The notes: a model not told the origin generated them from the sequence alone. 64,000 nt of DNA from Candidatus Obscuribacteraceae bacterium (GCA_044229845.1 JBGASG010000001.1:192001-256000); one strand, 5' to 3'; numbered from the stretch's first letter, positions 8,593-21,564 are shown. Numbers and translations are program-made.

Positions 8593-10782
8593 CTAACGAC
8601 CAACCAGGCGTTCGCCGCTGAAGTAGCGCTCGACTTGAGCTTTGACCGCGGCTGCCTTTTCGGGTTGGCCGGTATTTTCGAGACTTTGGGACAGTACCCA
8701 ATTACATTCTTCGATGATATAGCGATTGTCGGGACCGGAAAGAAGTCGCGGTAGCACCGGCTCGCCGATTTCGATAGCTGCCTGGAAGTGTCCCTGCGCC
8801 CTTTCCAGATACATTTTGGCGACGGACACCCAGTCTTTGGCCGTCTCTGTTCCTGAACCTATTTCGGTGGCGCCGGTACTGTTTGTGGTGGCGGCTAGTT
8901 TCTCCATTTCTTTGAGGTAAATCTTTGCTTTGTCCATCATGCCTGTGTCAATCAGATGTTTGATGACGAACTCCAGATAGACCACTTTCTCGTAAGGGCT
9001 CTTCGCTACCGAAAGGGCTCTACGCAAAAACGCATCGATCTCGCTCTTGCGTTTCTGCGTAGTAAGGCTGGACAGACCGATCGTGAAAGCTACGGCGGGA
9101 CGACCTTCAAAGGTTAGCTGAGTTTGGTCCATCGCGGCGATGATCTCGTCGGCATCTTTATACAGACCGGCGCTCAACTTGTATTCCGCCACCTGTTTGC
9201 CCAAGCCTGAGCGGGCTAATACTTCGAAGTTATGGGTGCCGTCCGGATGGCGCGGATACTCTGCACAAAGCTCACGGCAAAGGCTCTCTGCCTCGTTTAT
9301 CTTGTGCATTTGCACTTTGATGTGAATCAGCTGCATGTACTCATCAATGCGCAAACTTTTGTTGGGATTTTTTCGCTTGCGTATGATGTTCACCATTTCT
9401 TCGGCGATCTTTTCAGCTTCTGAATATTGTTGGAGCTGAAAGGCGGTTCGTGCTGCTTGATTCATCACCACATCGCGTTCGCTCTCGGGAAACTCCGGCA
9501 TCTCCAGGGCTTCTCTGGCGACCTTCAAGCTTTCTTCGTTTTGTCCTTCAAAAGAAAGAACCCACGCCAACATGGTCTTTGCTCTGGCCAGAGTCGATCG
9601 GTCTGAGCCGGCTTGCGCAATGGCGACCAGTTTGCGCACTTCGGCGAGTGGAGGCAATTGCCTTCTTTTGTGCCACTGCACATCGAGATCCCGCAGGCGC
9701 TCTTCGACAATTTGCGTGTCTGACTCGACCGCTGGAGATTGCTTCGGCGCAGCGGGTGGTCGCAAATAGAACCAGGCGGCGCCGGCGATCAGAACCAGTG
9801 CACCGGCTAGTGCCGCCGTCACCAGAGCGTTCTGGCGTGCCCAGTTAATTGCGCCCGCGGACCCTGGTAGCGTATGCGGTGCCGCAACATCTAGATGTGG
9901 ATCGGTGACAAAATCCTGCAGCGTCTCGCGCAACAGATTGAATGACTCATAGCGTTTTTGCGGTTCTTTGGCGAGAGCCGTGAGCGTAATGGACTCTACT
10001 GATCTGGGCAGCCCGCGCTCGGCGGCAAAGGGTTTCGGCTGCTCCGAAATTTGCTTAAACAGCGATGCCACTGGCGTATCGGATAGAAACGGCGGGCGAC
10101 CTGTAAATACCGCATACATCAAACAACCGAACGAATAGATGTCGGACCTGGCATCAAGCGGACGCCCCTGGCACTGCTCCGGACTCATATAGTTGGGATC
10201 GCCGATGACCTCTCCTGTCTGAGTCAGGACTTGACCGGCGCGATCGCCGGTCAGGCGAGCCAAGCCGAAGTCGACAATTTTGGCTGTCATGGCGCCGGTT
10301 GTTTTGTCGGTGACGATGATCACATTGGCCGGTTTCAGATCGCGATGCAGCACGTTGTTGTCGTGGGCATACTGCATGCCTTTGCAGATCTGCTCGAGAA
10401 TCGGCAAGGCGTCTTTGGAGTTAAAAGGACCGTGTTCGGCCAGTATTTCAGCCAGCGAGCGCCCGTCCACGAATTCAGTGGACATGTAAAAAATGCCATC
10501 ACTGGTGGAGCCGAAAGCGTAAACTTCGAGGATGTTGTCGTGGCGCAAAGTCGAGATGATGCGCGCTTCTCTCTGGAAGCGATTGAGAGCATCGGAGTCG
10601 ATTGCCAGGTTCGGGTGTAGCACTTTGAGGGCCACGATCTTATCGGTGCCGATGTGGTGCGCCTGATAAACTGAACCGAAGCCGCCTGTACCCAGCAGTT
10701 TCAAAATCTCGTACTTGCCGTCCAGAAGCGCGCCACACTTCAGTGGCGACTTGTAGCTGCTGACTGGCTCGGTAAAATCCAC
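8593..10782 (-). CDS. Hanks-type Ser/Thr protein kinase with TM helix and C-terminal TPR-like region
   Basis: GTGGFG, VALK, HRDLKPAN, DFG, YMSPEQ; TM helix ALVTAALAGALVLIAGAAWFYL. Confidence 0.92.
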   Translation of the reverse strand: MDFTEPVSSYKSPLKCGALLDGKYEILKLLGTGGFGSVYQAHHIGTDKIVALKVLHPNLAIDSDALNRFQREARIISTLRHDNILEVYAFGSTSDGIFYMSTEFVDGRSLAEILAEHGPFNSKDALPILEQICKGMQYAHDNNVLHRDLKPANVIIVTDKTTGAMTAKIVDFGLARLTGDRAGQVLTQTGEVIGDPNYMSPEQCQGRPLDARSDIYSFGCLMYAVFTGRPPFLSDTPVASLFKQISEQPKPFAAERGLPRSVESITLTALAKEPQKRYESFNLLRETLQDFVTDPHLDVAAPHTLPGSAGAINWARQNALVTAALAGALVLIAGAAWFYLRPPAAPKQSPAVESDTQIVEERLRDLDVQWHKRRQLPPLAEVRKLVAIAQAGSDRSTLARAKTMLAWVLSFEGQNEESLKVAREALEMPEFPESERDVVMNQAARTAFQLQQYSEAEKIAEEMVNIIRKRKNPNKSLRIDEYMQLIHIKVQMHKINEAESLCRELCAEYPRHPDGTHNFEVLARSGLGKQVAEYKLSAGLYKDADEIIAAMDQTQLTFEGRPAVAFTIGLSSLTTQKRKSEIDAFLRRALSVAKSPYEKVVYLEFVIKHLIDTGMMDKAKIYLKEMEKLAATTNSTGATEIGSGTETAKDWVSVAKMYLERAQGHFQAAIEIGEPVLPRLLSGPDNRYIIEECNWVLSQSLENTGQPEKAAAVKAQVERYFSGERLVGR

Positions 10783-10823
10783 GGGACTCTCGAGAAGCGT
10801 ACTTCTCTTATGTACCCGCGAGT

Positions 10824-12524
10824 TTACTCGCGCTTATTGTGCTGCGAGTTGCCGCCCCAGGCGGTCCAGCCGTCTGCATCCGGATCGCCGGTTTCCAGGC
10901 ACATCACTTTGCCGTTGGCGGTGCCGACGTACATCTTGCCGTTGGCAAGCGCCGGCTGGAATGTGATCGGATTTTGGACGTCATACATGAAATTGACTTT
11001 GCCGTCGTCTTGTTGCATGGATACAAGATGTCCGGCTGCACTGCAGAGAAACATGTTGCGCTTGCCCAGTGCCGGCGGTGCGAAGGCTTGCGATTGCGCA
11101 TCGAGTTTGCGGCTGGTGGCATTGGCGCTCCATTTAGACTGACGAGCGCGGTCGAGACTTTTGATGTTCATGCCTTGCGCCTGCACGAAACCGGCTTTGT
11201 TGGCGGCCGGGCGAGCACCCTGGTAGGCCCAGGCTTGCGCGACGGTGTTGACGCCGACGTTTTTGTAAGCCTGTCCCATGCTGGCTGCGCCCGGGGCCCC
11301 TCCACCGAAGCCCACGGACGCGTCCAACTGGGCCGCCTTTTGACCCAGGATCTGGGTGGATTTGGCGGACTTGTAGTAGCCCACCTTGCGCGGTGCACTC
11401 CAGCCTTGTGGGCCGATGGTACCGTTGGTGGCGCCTTGCAATGCTAGTGCTTCTACGTCTTCCGTTTTGGCATCGTAGTTCTTGAGCAAGTTGCCCATCG
11501 ATGCCGCCAGCGCCGGAGGCGGCGGAGCCATGCCGGAGTGCGCTTTGGCAGTGGTCAGAACGCCTTCGTTGCCCAGCGAAAGCGGAGCGCTGGTTGCCTG
11601 ATCGAATTTCTTCCACTCGATTTTGCCGGTGTCGGCGTTGAGGCAGAAGGATGTGCCGTCAAAACAGTTGAACAGTAGTTTTTTCCCGTCGATGACTGGA
11701 GCTGTCTGCACATCGCCGGTGATGTCCTGGGTCCAGAGGTGCTGCCCGGTTTTCAGGTCGGCGCAGAGCATGACGTGCCGGCCGCCTTTGGCTTGCGACA
11801 TACCGGCGGCGACTTGCACGGACTTGCCGCCGGTGCTGGGCGGTTTGCTGTATGAAAGTTGGCTGAAGGTATTGCTGGCATTCGGTGCCGTTTGCACACG
11901 CGCGACAGCCTTGGGTGAATTGCCGGACTGGACGTTTTGTACCGGTTTGCCCGCGCAAGGGTAGGCGATGTAGAGTTTGCCGTTGGCCACCGCCGGTTGA
12001 CTCATGAGCGGGTCGCCCAGCCATTCTTGCCAGACCATCTTGCCGGTCGCGGCTTCGACGACCATCACGGTGCAGCTTTCAGTATTGAATGCCACCAGTC
12101 CCTGTTCGGCAACGGCGCCGGTCGGTCCGTCATCGCCTGTTTTGATCTGCCAGACGAGCTTTCCTGTTTCGGCATCAAAGCAATAGAACTCATAGGATCC
12201 GTATCCGCCGCCTACATATAGCTTGCCTTCGTAGTAAGTAGGGGTGGCAATCGGGCGGTCGCCCGGTATATCAATGATCCAGCCTTTCTTCAGGTCTTTG
12301 GTTTTGAACGGTGCCGGGGTCAGGGGTTTGGCTGGTTTTGGCAGGTTTACATCGACGGCTTTGTCTAAGTCGAGTTTGACTGTCTTCTGGGTGGGAGTGA
12401 CGACAGTGCCAGGTGCAACGGGCATGATTGCCGGGCCGGCAGCCAGGTTGGGATTAATAGAGACTCCCAGGGCAACCAACAAACTGGTTGCAGAGGCGCC
12501 AAGAACCAAGTGACGAGCACGCAT
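10824..12524 (-). CDS. Secreted PQQ-like beta-propeller repeat protein
   Basis: Signal peptide; repeated xDAxTGKxxW blades (FDAETGKLVW, AATGKMVW, LKTGQHLW, ADTGKIEW). Confidence 0.85.
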   Translation of the reverse strand: MRARHLVLGASATSLLVALGVSINPNLAAGPAIMPVAPGTVVTPTQKTVKLDLDKAVDVNLPKPAKPLTPAPFKTKDLKKGWIIDIPGDRPIATPTYYEGKLYVGGGYGSYEFYCFDAETGKLVWQIKTGDDGPTGAVAEQGLVAFNTESCTVMVVEAATGKMVWQEWLGDPLMSQPAVANGKLYIAYPCAGKPVQNVQSGNSPKAVARVQTAPNASNTFSQLSYSKPPSTGGKSVQVAAGMSQAKGGRHVMLCADLKTGQHLWTQDITGDVQTAPVIDGKKLLFNCFDGTSFCLNADTGKIEWKKFDQATSAPLSLGNEGVLTTAKAHSGMAPPPPALAASMGNLLKNYDAKTEDVEALALQGATNGTIGPQGWSAPRKVGYYKSAKSTQILGQKAAQLDASVGFGGGAPGAASMGQAYKNVGVNTVAQAWAYQGARPAANKAGFVQAQGMNIKSLDRARQSKWSANATSRKLDAQSQAFAPPALGKRNMFLCSAAGHLVSMQQDDGKVNFMYDVQNPITFQPALANGKMYVGTANGKVMCLETGDPDADGWTAWGGNSQHNKRE

Positions 12525-12807
12525 GAGCCGTCAACCTCCGGTCGAAATTGTGGTAACAGCGTCATCGTACGGCCGCGGTTGGGGGCTTCGCACCGCCCTT
12601 AGGCCGTTCAGGCATCTGGGGTTTTCCCTGTGGTGCGGTTCTAATCAAGAAGATTAGCGCGGATGCGGGCAATGGTCGGTGGTACCGCATGTGGTGCCAG
12701 GTGCGCTGCTGATCTGTCGACGATTAACTGTGTAATTCGACAGTTTCAACGCCTGGCGAAAGTGTTAGATTCGCGGCAGGGATATCAGAGGCGAGGTAGA
12801 CACCTTT

Positions 12808-14076
12808 ATGTATCGTGGCGATTCCCCAATTTCCACCTGCGATCCGGACGGCACAGGTTGCCGTGAAGCCCTGCTGAACGACGCCGACGGACCGGTCGTG
12901 CGGACAGCCGGCAACGATAAGCAATCCGGCGACGGTAAAGACCAGGACATGGGTGATGAGTCCATGGACCGGGGCGTGACCATGGATGCCGACGCTTTAA
13001 TAGATCAACTCGGGTCCGCCTCATTCACTGTGCGTCTGGATGCCAGCAAGCAGCTGTCCGACATGGGCGCCGACGTACTGCCGGCCCTCGACAAGGCGTT
13101 GACTTCGGAGAACCTGAGAGTTCGCACTCTCGCTCGCCAGCTGATCAATGACCGATTGGGACACTTCAGCAGTGGAGACTCTGCCGATGAACATTTCTCG
13201 GTAGCTGAGTGGCGCAAGAAAATAGAAAGCATGGATTGCACGCAGGAATCGGCCAACGATGTGCCCGGCATAAGACACCTGGGTGAGACTGTCAAACGCT
13301 TCGCCGCCCTCACTCCTGAGCAGAGGCAATCGCAAATCGGTGAACTGACCCAGTTGGGTGAGATGGTAGCCAAAGGAAATTTTGGAAAGGATCTGTCGCG
13401 AGATGAGAGGAGTCATCTGCGGCAAAGCATCACTACTCAGATTGAGGGACTGCGTGAAGGAAACAAGCTGCTGGATCGAATTCCACTGGTAGACTATCGC
13501 AATTCGGAGGTCACCGATCAGGAGCTGGTCGGTGTCAGCAAGCTGCATGGACTCAAAGACTTGCGCCTTTCTCACTGCGCCAGCTTGACCAATGATGGCT
13601 TGGCAGAGATATCCAGCATGACGCAGCTAACCAATCTGGCGTTGCGCACTATGAAAATAGATGATGGCGCAATGGTGCATCTAAAAGGGTTGACCAATCT
13701 GGAGAGTCTTCACCTGGGCATGACCAAGGTTGGCGATGAAGGCATGAAGCAACTCAAAGATTTGACGCACCTGAAGATGCTCGATCTTGTTTCCACCGAA
13801 GTCAGTGGTGCCGGACTAGCCAGCATAGCAAAGGCCAAAGATCTGGAAGTTCTCGATCTGGATCATTGCCACAACATTGACGATGAGTCGATTGCCAACA
13901 TCGAGAAGTTCGCTAACTTGAAGGAATTGCGCATCAGAGAAACCTGCATCACGGCGGAAGGACTGGAAAAACTAAAAGCAGCGTTGCCCAATTGCAAGAT
14001 ACTCTGGGAAGAGTCGAAAGGTAATTTCGAAAGTCCCGCGCCTCTGTTTCAGATCATGCCGGTCATGGGTGGCTGA
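12808..14076 (+). CDS. Leucine-rich repeat protein with N-terminal acidic and HEAT-like region
   Basis: About 7 LRRs of type LxxLxxLxLxxTxVxDxG; LIDQLGSASFTVRLDASKQL HEAT-like helix pair. Confidence 0.8.
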   Translation: MYRGDSPISTCDPDGTGCREALLNDADGPVVRTAGNDKQSGDGKDQDMGDESMDRGVTMDADALIDQLGSASFTVRLDASKQLSDMGADVLPALDKALTSENLRVRTLARQLINDRLGHFSSGDSADEHFSVAEWRKKIESMDCTQESANDVPGIRHLGETVKRFAALTPEQRQSQIGELTQLGEMVAKGNFGKDLSRDERSHLRQSITTQIEGLREGNKLLDRIPLVDYRNSEVTDQELVGVSKLHGLKDLRLSHCASLTNDGLAEISSMTQLTNLALRTMKIDDGAMVHLKGLTNLESLHLGMTKVGDEGMKQLKDLTHLKMLDLVSTEVSGAGLASIAKAKDLEVLDLDHCHNIDDESIANIEKFANLKELRIRETCITAEGLEKLKAALPNCKILWEESKGNFESPAPLFQIMPVMGG

Positions 14077-14077
14077 C

Positions 14078-15022
14078 TTAGCGTGAAGAGGCGAACGAGC
14101 CTTGCAGCTTGAGAGCGTCATGTACAGCCAACTTCGACACGTGCTGTTCGATGTCTTTCTCTTGCAGAATGCCATGCTCTGTGACCAGACCGGCTATCCA
14201 TGAGAAGGGAATCAGTTCAAACTGATTGTTGAGTACTCGCACTCCAGTTGGTGCGTCCGACCATACTTCTTCGCCCGGACGCGAGAAATCTTCGAACTCG
14301 AAAAGCCGTTCGTCGGTCACGAACTTCTCGGTGCCTGCCAGCGCATACAGCGGAATGTTCAGCTCACGGCAGGCGAGCGCCAGAAGCCAGGATCCGACTT
14401 TGTTGACTATCCCGGGATTGGCAACGGCATCGCAGCCCATGAAAGCGGCGCGGCACTGAGGCAATATCAGTCCCATCGCCGAATCGAACGTGTGAATCAC
14501 TTCTACGCCGGACTGGGCCAGCACAGCGGCCAGTTTGCGTCCTTCCAGACTGGGTCTCGATTCCGAGCAGACGACCCGGAAGAAACGCCGCTGCGCGCGC
14601 GCGTTCATCAAGCTGGTGACCACCGTGCTGCTGAATGAATATGCGAAAACCAGCTCTCCTGGAGGTATCAACTCGATTGTCTGGTCGGCGATTTTTGCCG
14701 CACTCTCGCAAAGCCGTTTCTCAAACTTTTCCAGCGCTTCGTCGCACTGCATCTTTAGTTGCTCGACTGTTTTGGCGCTTTCGACCGAAAGCAGGACATC
14801 ATTGCCCAGGTGGAACAGGGGCGCCATGGCCGGTTGCGCTTTGATTACGGCTTTGGCGGTTTCTGCCAGGTCCTCGCGAATTTTATTGACATCTTCCGTG
14901 CCGGCCTCGGCAATTACAGTGCGGAAGATGTTGATTGCTTGCAAAGCGATTTCGGCGGCTCCGGACATGAGGTCGTCGCGGATAGGCTGAACCAACGCTT
15001 CCAGCTCTTTCGGGGTTTTCAT
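14078..15022 (-). CDS. eIF-2B alpha/beta/delta-like (IF-2B family) protein
   Basis: SGA, QPAMAP, ESRPSLEG, GCDAV, NKVGS, FELIP, LVTEHG motifs. Confidence 0.88.
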   Translation of the reverse strand: MKTPKELEALVQPIRDDLMSGAAEIALQAINIFRTVIAEAGTEDVNKIREDLAETAKAVIKAQPAMAPLFHLGNDVLLSVESAKTVEQLKMQCDEALEKFEKRLCESAAKIADQTIELIPPGELVFAYSFSSTVVTSLMNARAQRRFFRVVCSESRPSLEGRKLAAVLAQSGVEVIHTFDSAMGLILPQCRAAFMGCDAVANPGIVNKVGSWLLALACRELNIPLYALAGTEKFVTDERLFEFEDFSRPGEEVWSDAPTGVRVLNNQFELIPFSWIAGLVTEHGILQEKDIEQHVSKLAVHDALKLQGSFASSR

Positions 15023-15114
15023 GAAGTACCTGTCTGTGGCCGGGATGTCGCGCCTAAATATATTCGATCGGACCGCCGCCGGCCTATCAGAGTCTCTTGC
15101 TCCGTATATTCCTG

Positions 15115-16725
15115 TCAGCTGCCGGCCAGCGCATCTGCTGCATGGCTGTGGCGGCTGAGAATGGTTAATTTTGCCGGCTCAGTCAGGTGCGACCAGGGCA
15201 ACGTTTCGTCATATGGAATTGTCCTGAAAATGTAGAAGTCAGCTGGCGGACAGTCGTCCGGCAGATTTTTCAGAGCACGCTTCCAAGATCCCAGATTGGC
15301 GGCCGAGTCGGCGACTGCCACCAATATTGGTGTCAAGCGTCGATCCCCCCGCGAAAGCAGTGTCTGAACATCGCTCCAGTTATGGCTTTCCGGGCGTACC
15401 TCTATGCCTATTTTTGACAGGTGCTTGCGCAGATATTCGATCTTCTTAGCGCAGTGGCGATCACGGCCAGCCCACTGAAAAGGTGTTTGTGCTTTAGGCA
15501 CGAAGGAACTGATGCCGAATGTGAAGCGCAGCTGTTTGTGTTTCTTCTTGAGAGTCGTGAGCAACTTCAGGGTTTCGTCGAGATCTGTCTGGTTCTCACC
15601 AGGCAGACCGACGATGCCGTAGAATTTCACTGCCTGTAGTCCGCTGGCGGCGATCAGATCCAGAGCTTCGTAGATTTGTGTCTGCGTCAGGTTCTTTTTC
15701 ATGATCGATCGCAGTCGCTCCGAGCCTGATTCCAGCGCGATAGTGACGGATTTCTGCCCGAGCTTGACCAGCATGCCGAGGACGGTTTGATCAATTGTGT
15801 CGATGCGAATCGAGGCCACTGAGATCTGCAGGTTGTTGCGCCGGAGCAATTCTTGCGCAATCGAGTCGAAGTGCTGGTGCTCAGTGACTGATGGGCCCAG
15901 AAGACCGACTTTACGCGTGTGCTTTAGACCGAGATCGATCTTGCTCATTAGTGTCTCGACGTTGGCACCGCGGAATGGGCGTGTCAAGTAGCTGGCCAGG
16001 CAAAAACGACATTCTTGCGGGCAACTGCGCACCACCTCGACCAGAAACATATCGTTCCAGGCGCTGTCCTTGGCGAGGACGACCGAGTGTGCGACATAAT
16101 CAGACGGCGGTTGAAAGGCGAACCGCTTCACCGTGCCCGGCACCGCAGGCGCAATCGGCTCGATGGCGGCGATGGGTCCGGCTGGCGATTCCAGTTTGTA
16201 CCGGTAGAGGCTGGGGATGTACAGCCCTTCGACGGTGGACAGGTGGGCGAGTCGTGCTGCCCTTTCCGGCAATCGGCGCGCTGTTTTCCATGCTTCCAGG
16301 AGACGGGGAATAGTTTCTTCCGCATCACCCATCAGGACGACGTCGAAGAAGTCGGCAAAGGGTTCCGGATTGGCTGACAGAGCCGGGCCACCGGCGAAGA
16401 CCAGTGCCTGGTCTTCGGTGCGTTCGCTGGACAACCAGGGGATGCCAGCTTCCTTGAGCATGGCGAGGATGTTGCCGTAGTCGAGCTCCCAGGACAGTGT
16501 AAAGCCGAAGAGGTCGCTGGACTGCCAGCCCTCTTGCTTCAAGTCGCTGAACGCCCGATAAACCGTGACGTCTGGATTTTGCTCCAGCAACCACCAGATG
16601 AGCTGATAGCCCAGCCCGGCCATGCCGACTTGATATTTGTTGGGATATCCCCAGGTAACGCTTATCTCCGACGTCCCTTTGTGGGGCGCCGGCAAAACGA
16701 GTTGTTCTCCTGGAAATAACTGCAC
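15115..16725 (-). CDS. B12-binding-like radical SAM protein
   Basis: CPQECRFC CxxxCxxC motif; YPNKYQVGMAGLG, NPEPFADFFD, FVPKAQTPFQW. Confidence 0.88.
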   Translation of the reverse strand: MQLFPGEQLVLPAPHKGTSEISVTWGYPNKYQVGMAGLGYQLIWWLLEQNPDVTVYRAFSDLKQEGWQSSDLFGFTLSWELDYGNILAMLKEAGIPWLSSERTEDQALVFAGGPALSANPEPFADFFDVVLMGDAEETIPRLLEAWKTARRLPERAARLAHLSTVEGLYIPSLYRYKLESPAGPIAAIEPIAPAVPGTVKRFAFQPPSDYVAHSVVLAKDSAWNDMFLVEVVRSCPQECRFCLASYLTRPFRGANVETLMSKIDLGLKHTRKVGLLGPSVTEHQHFDSIAQELLRRNNLQISVASIRIDTIDQTVLGMLVKLGQKSVTIALESGSERLRSIMKKNLTQTQIYEALDLIAASGLQAVKFYGIVGLPGENQTDLDETLKLLTTLKKKHKQLRFTFGISSFVPKAQTPFQWAGRDRHCAKKIEYLRKHLSKIGIEVRPESHNWSDVQTLLSRGDRRLTPILVAVADSAANLGSWKRALKNLPDDCPPADFYIFRTIPYDETLPWSHLTEPAKLTILSRHSHAADALAGS

Positions 16726-16764
16726 TGGAGCCTCAAGCTGCCGTCCAGTCCATATTCTAGCGCT

Positions 16765-16799
16765 AAAAATAAGCGGGCTTCCGGAGGGAAAGCCCGCTT
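16765..16799 (-). terminator. Intrinsic terminator downstream of the Zn-ribbon gene
   Basis: AAGCGGGCTTCC/GGAAAGCCCGCTT hairpin; the A tract on its left gives a minus-strand U tail. Confidence 0.75.
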
Positions 16800-16874
16800 G
16801 GAGGAGGACTCGATGGAACAGGTGGGATGAGAAAGACTAGTCGGGACAGCGCCTGATGCCGTTCGGCACCATAT

Positions 16875-17309
16875 TTAGTGGCGTATCGGTTGTTGACGCA
16901 GCCTGGAGATCTTTGGCAGGTTGGCTGACCAATCATCACCCAAACCTTGCACAAACTGGTGCGCGTTGAGAACATCGTCGTAGCTGATTGCCGGTTGATT
17001 TGACAAGCGCTCTATGTCGCGCTTTGACCAATCAGTAGGGAACAGAGGGGCTTCTTGCTTGGCCGGTTGTCCAGCAAACGGATCGTTAGTTTTGCTCAAT
17101 CCGATCAAAGCGGTGCCAAGTGGTTGGTGGCATTTTGAACAGGTGATGCGCACCACATAAGCACCAGGTTCTTCCCGGACGAGTTGGATACCTTCGGCAG
17201 CATATCGACTGGTGCAATGCCGGCAATGACGCCGTTGAAAGTAGTCTTGCACTGCTTCGAAACTGCCTGGATAGGGGCCGTTTTGAACGTCTCCGTCGTG
17301 AGATGACAT
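16875..17309 (-). CDS. Hypothetical Zn-ribbon protein (CxxC...CxxC, C-terminal ISYDDVLNAH motif)
   Basis: CRHC and CSKC pairs; followed by a terminator. Confidence 0.7.
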   Translation of the reverse strand: MSSHDGDVQNGPYPGSFEAVQDYFQRRHCRHCTSRYAAEGIQLVREEPGAYVVRITCSKCHQPLGTALIGLSKTNDPFAGQPAKQEAPLFPTDWSKRDIERLSNQPAISYDDVLNAHQFVQGLGDDWSANLPKISRLRQQPIRH

Positions 17310-17809
17310 GTGTAACCGCTTTCTAGAATCTTTTTTATGGTGATACCAACTGCGGTTTCACCGGAATTTTGCTGAACGGTGTCTTAGTCAAAAAATTATA
17401 CTCAAACTTTGGATTACGCAAGCATTTTCTAGAAAAAATTTTGGTGGCAAATGAATATCGCATTTGGTGGCATGCATTTTGTATATTCGAGCGGAGATGC
17501 TCATTCCATGAGGAGATCAAAGGGATGCCACCATTTCAGTAGCGGATATGTGGTGGCTCTCACACTAGCACTAGTGGTGGTGCCCAAGAGTGATACCACC
17601 TACGATGCCATGCGGAAGTATGTGTCGTATATTTATCGGAATGATTTCGAGCCATTAGCGAGGCACCAAAATGATCGTCCGCGATATTTGCATATATAAG
17701 CCACTAGTTTGATGCCGGCAGCGACTTATACATCGAGTCGCTGATGTCGGATCGACTACCGGCTGTCAGGTCTGCTTACAACTTGTTATAAGCTGGCGCC
17801 CTGCACTGA

Positions 17810-19240
<1,431 letters not shown>

Positions 19241-20011
19241 TTATTTAGAACGAGCGTAAGAAAGAGTTTGCATCGGCTCAACGCGCTTCAGCACTGATTG
19301 CGTGGTGTAGGTGCCGATGTATTGACCGTTGACATACTGCTCGACCCGGCTGGTAGCGACCAGCTGGTCGCTGGAGATTTGCGTGTAGCGGTCGCGCGAG
19401 CTGGCGGTCCAGCTGCCGTCGCAGTACTGGTTGAGACGGCGCGTGCTGGCATGGTTTTCGCCTTTGACGCGCAGGCTGGTGAGCGTGGAGGTCCAGCCTG
19501 ACTGGCTCCAGATCATAGAGACCAGACCTTGAGGTGATTTGACAAAGTTGACCTGCGAGCGAATGTGTTGTCCGGGCACCACATCAGGCACCGCAGATGA
19601 CACCACGATGCTTTCGCATTGCCATTCGCCTGCGAAGGAGACCGGAAAGGTATTGCTGGGATGGCAGCGCGGTCTGGCAGCACCTGTGTTGTCTGTCTGC
19701 ACTGCTGCGGCGGAGAAGGAGGCGGGACCAATAGCGGGGGCGGTAATGGCGGGAGCAGCCGGTTCAATCGCCGATGCGGTGAATGTATTGTCTTCCGGCA
19801 GGGGCAATTCTTCAGGCTGGGGAGCCAGCGTGGTGGTTTTGGCGAGCATCGGCTTCAGTTCAGTGACGTGGGCGTCGCCTTTGAGTGTGAGTGCGTGCGC
19901 CGGCGATGAGAGCAGAAGAGCGATGGCTGCGGTCAAACAAGCCAATGCGGCAAGCAGCAGGAGTGTTTCTTTGACTGCGTTGTTTTGATCGGTTTGTTCG
20001 AAGGATGCCAT
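19241..20011 (-). CDS. Hypothetical exported protein with C-terminal beta-barrel-like domain
   Basis: Hydrophobic signal ending AHA, Pro/Ala linker, FAGEWQC beta-rich domain. Confidence 0.65.
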   Translation of the reverse strand: MASFEQTDQNNAVKETLLLLAALACLTAAIALLLSSPAHALTLKGDAHVTELKPMLAKTTTLAPQPEELPLPEDNTFTASAIEPAAPAITAPAIGPASFSAAAVQTDNTGAARPRCHPSNTFPVSFAGEWQCESIVVSSAVPDVVPGQHIRSQVNFVKSPQGLVSMIWSQSGWTSTLTSLRVKGENHASTRRLNQYCDGSWTASSRDRYTQISSDQLVATSRVEQYVNGQYIGTYTTQSVLKRVEPMQTLSYARSK

Positions 20012-20223
20012 TTGCTTAGATTCCGTTCTAGTAAAGGGTTGCCAAGAGGAAGCCGACAGCTGGATCTAGTCGTCCCTGCTGCGGTTTCTAAGTTCCAAGA
20101 AGCTCTCTCTAGCTATCTTGTGCCCTTGTGAACAAAACTTTAAACTTTCGATGGTTGAATTGCAAGCATGAATGTGTTAGTCGCCGGTGGGCTTAATGGA
20201 TGTCCACAAGTACCGCACTGTGA

Positions 20224-21564
<1,341 letters not shown>

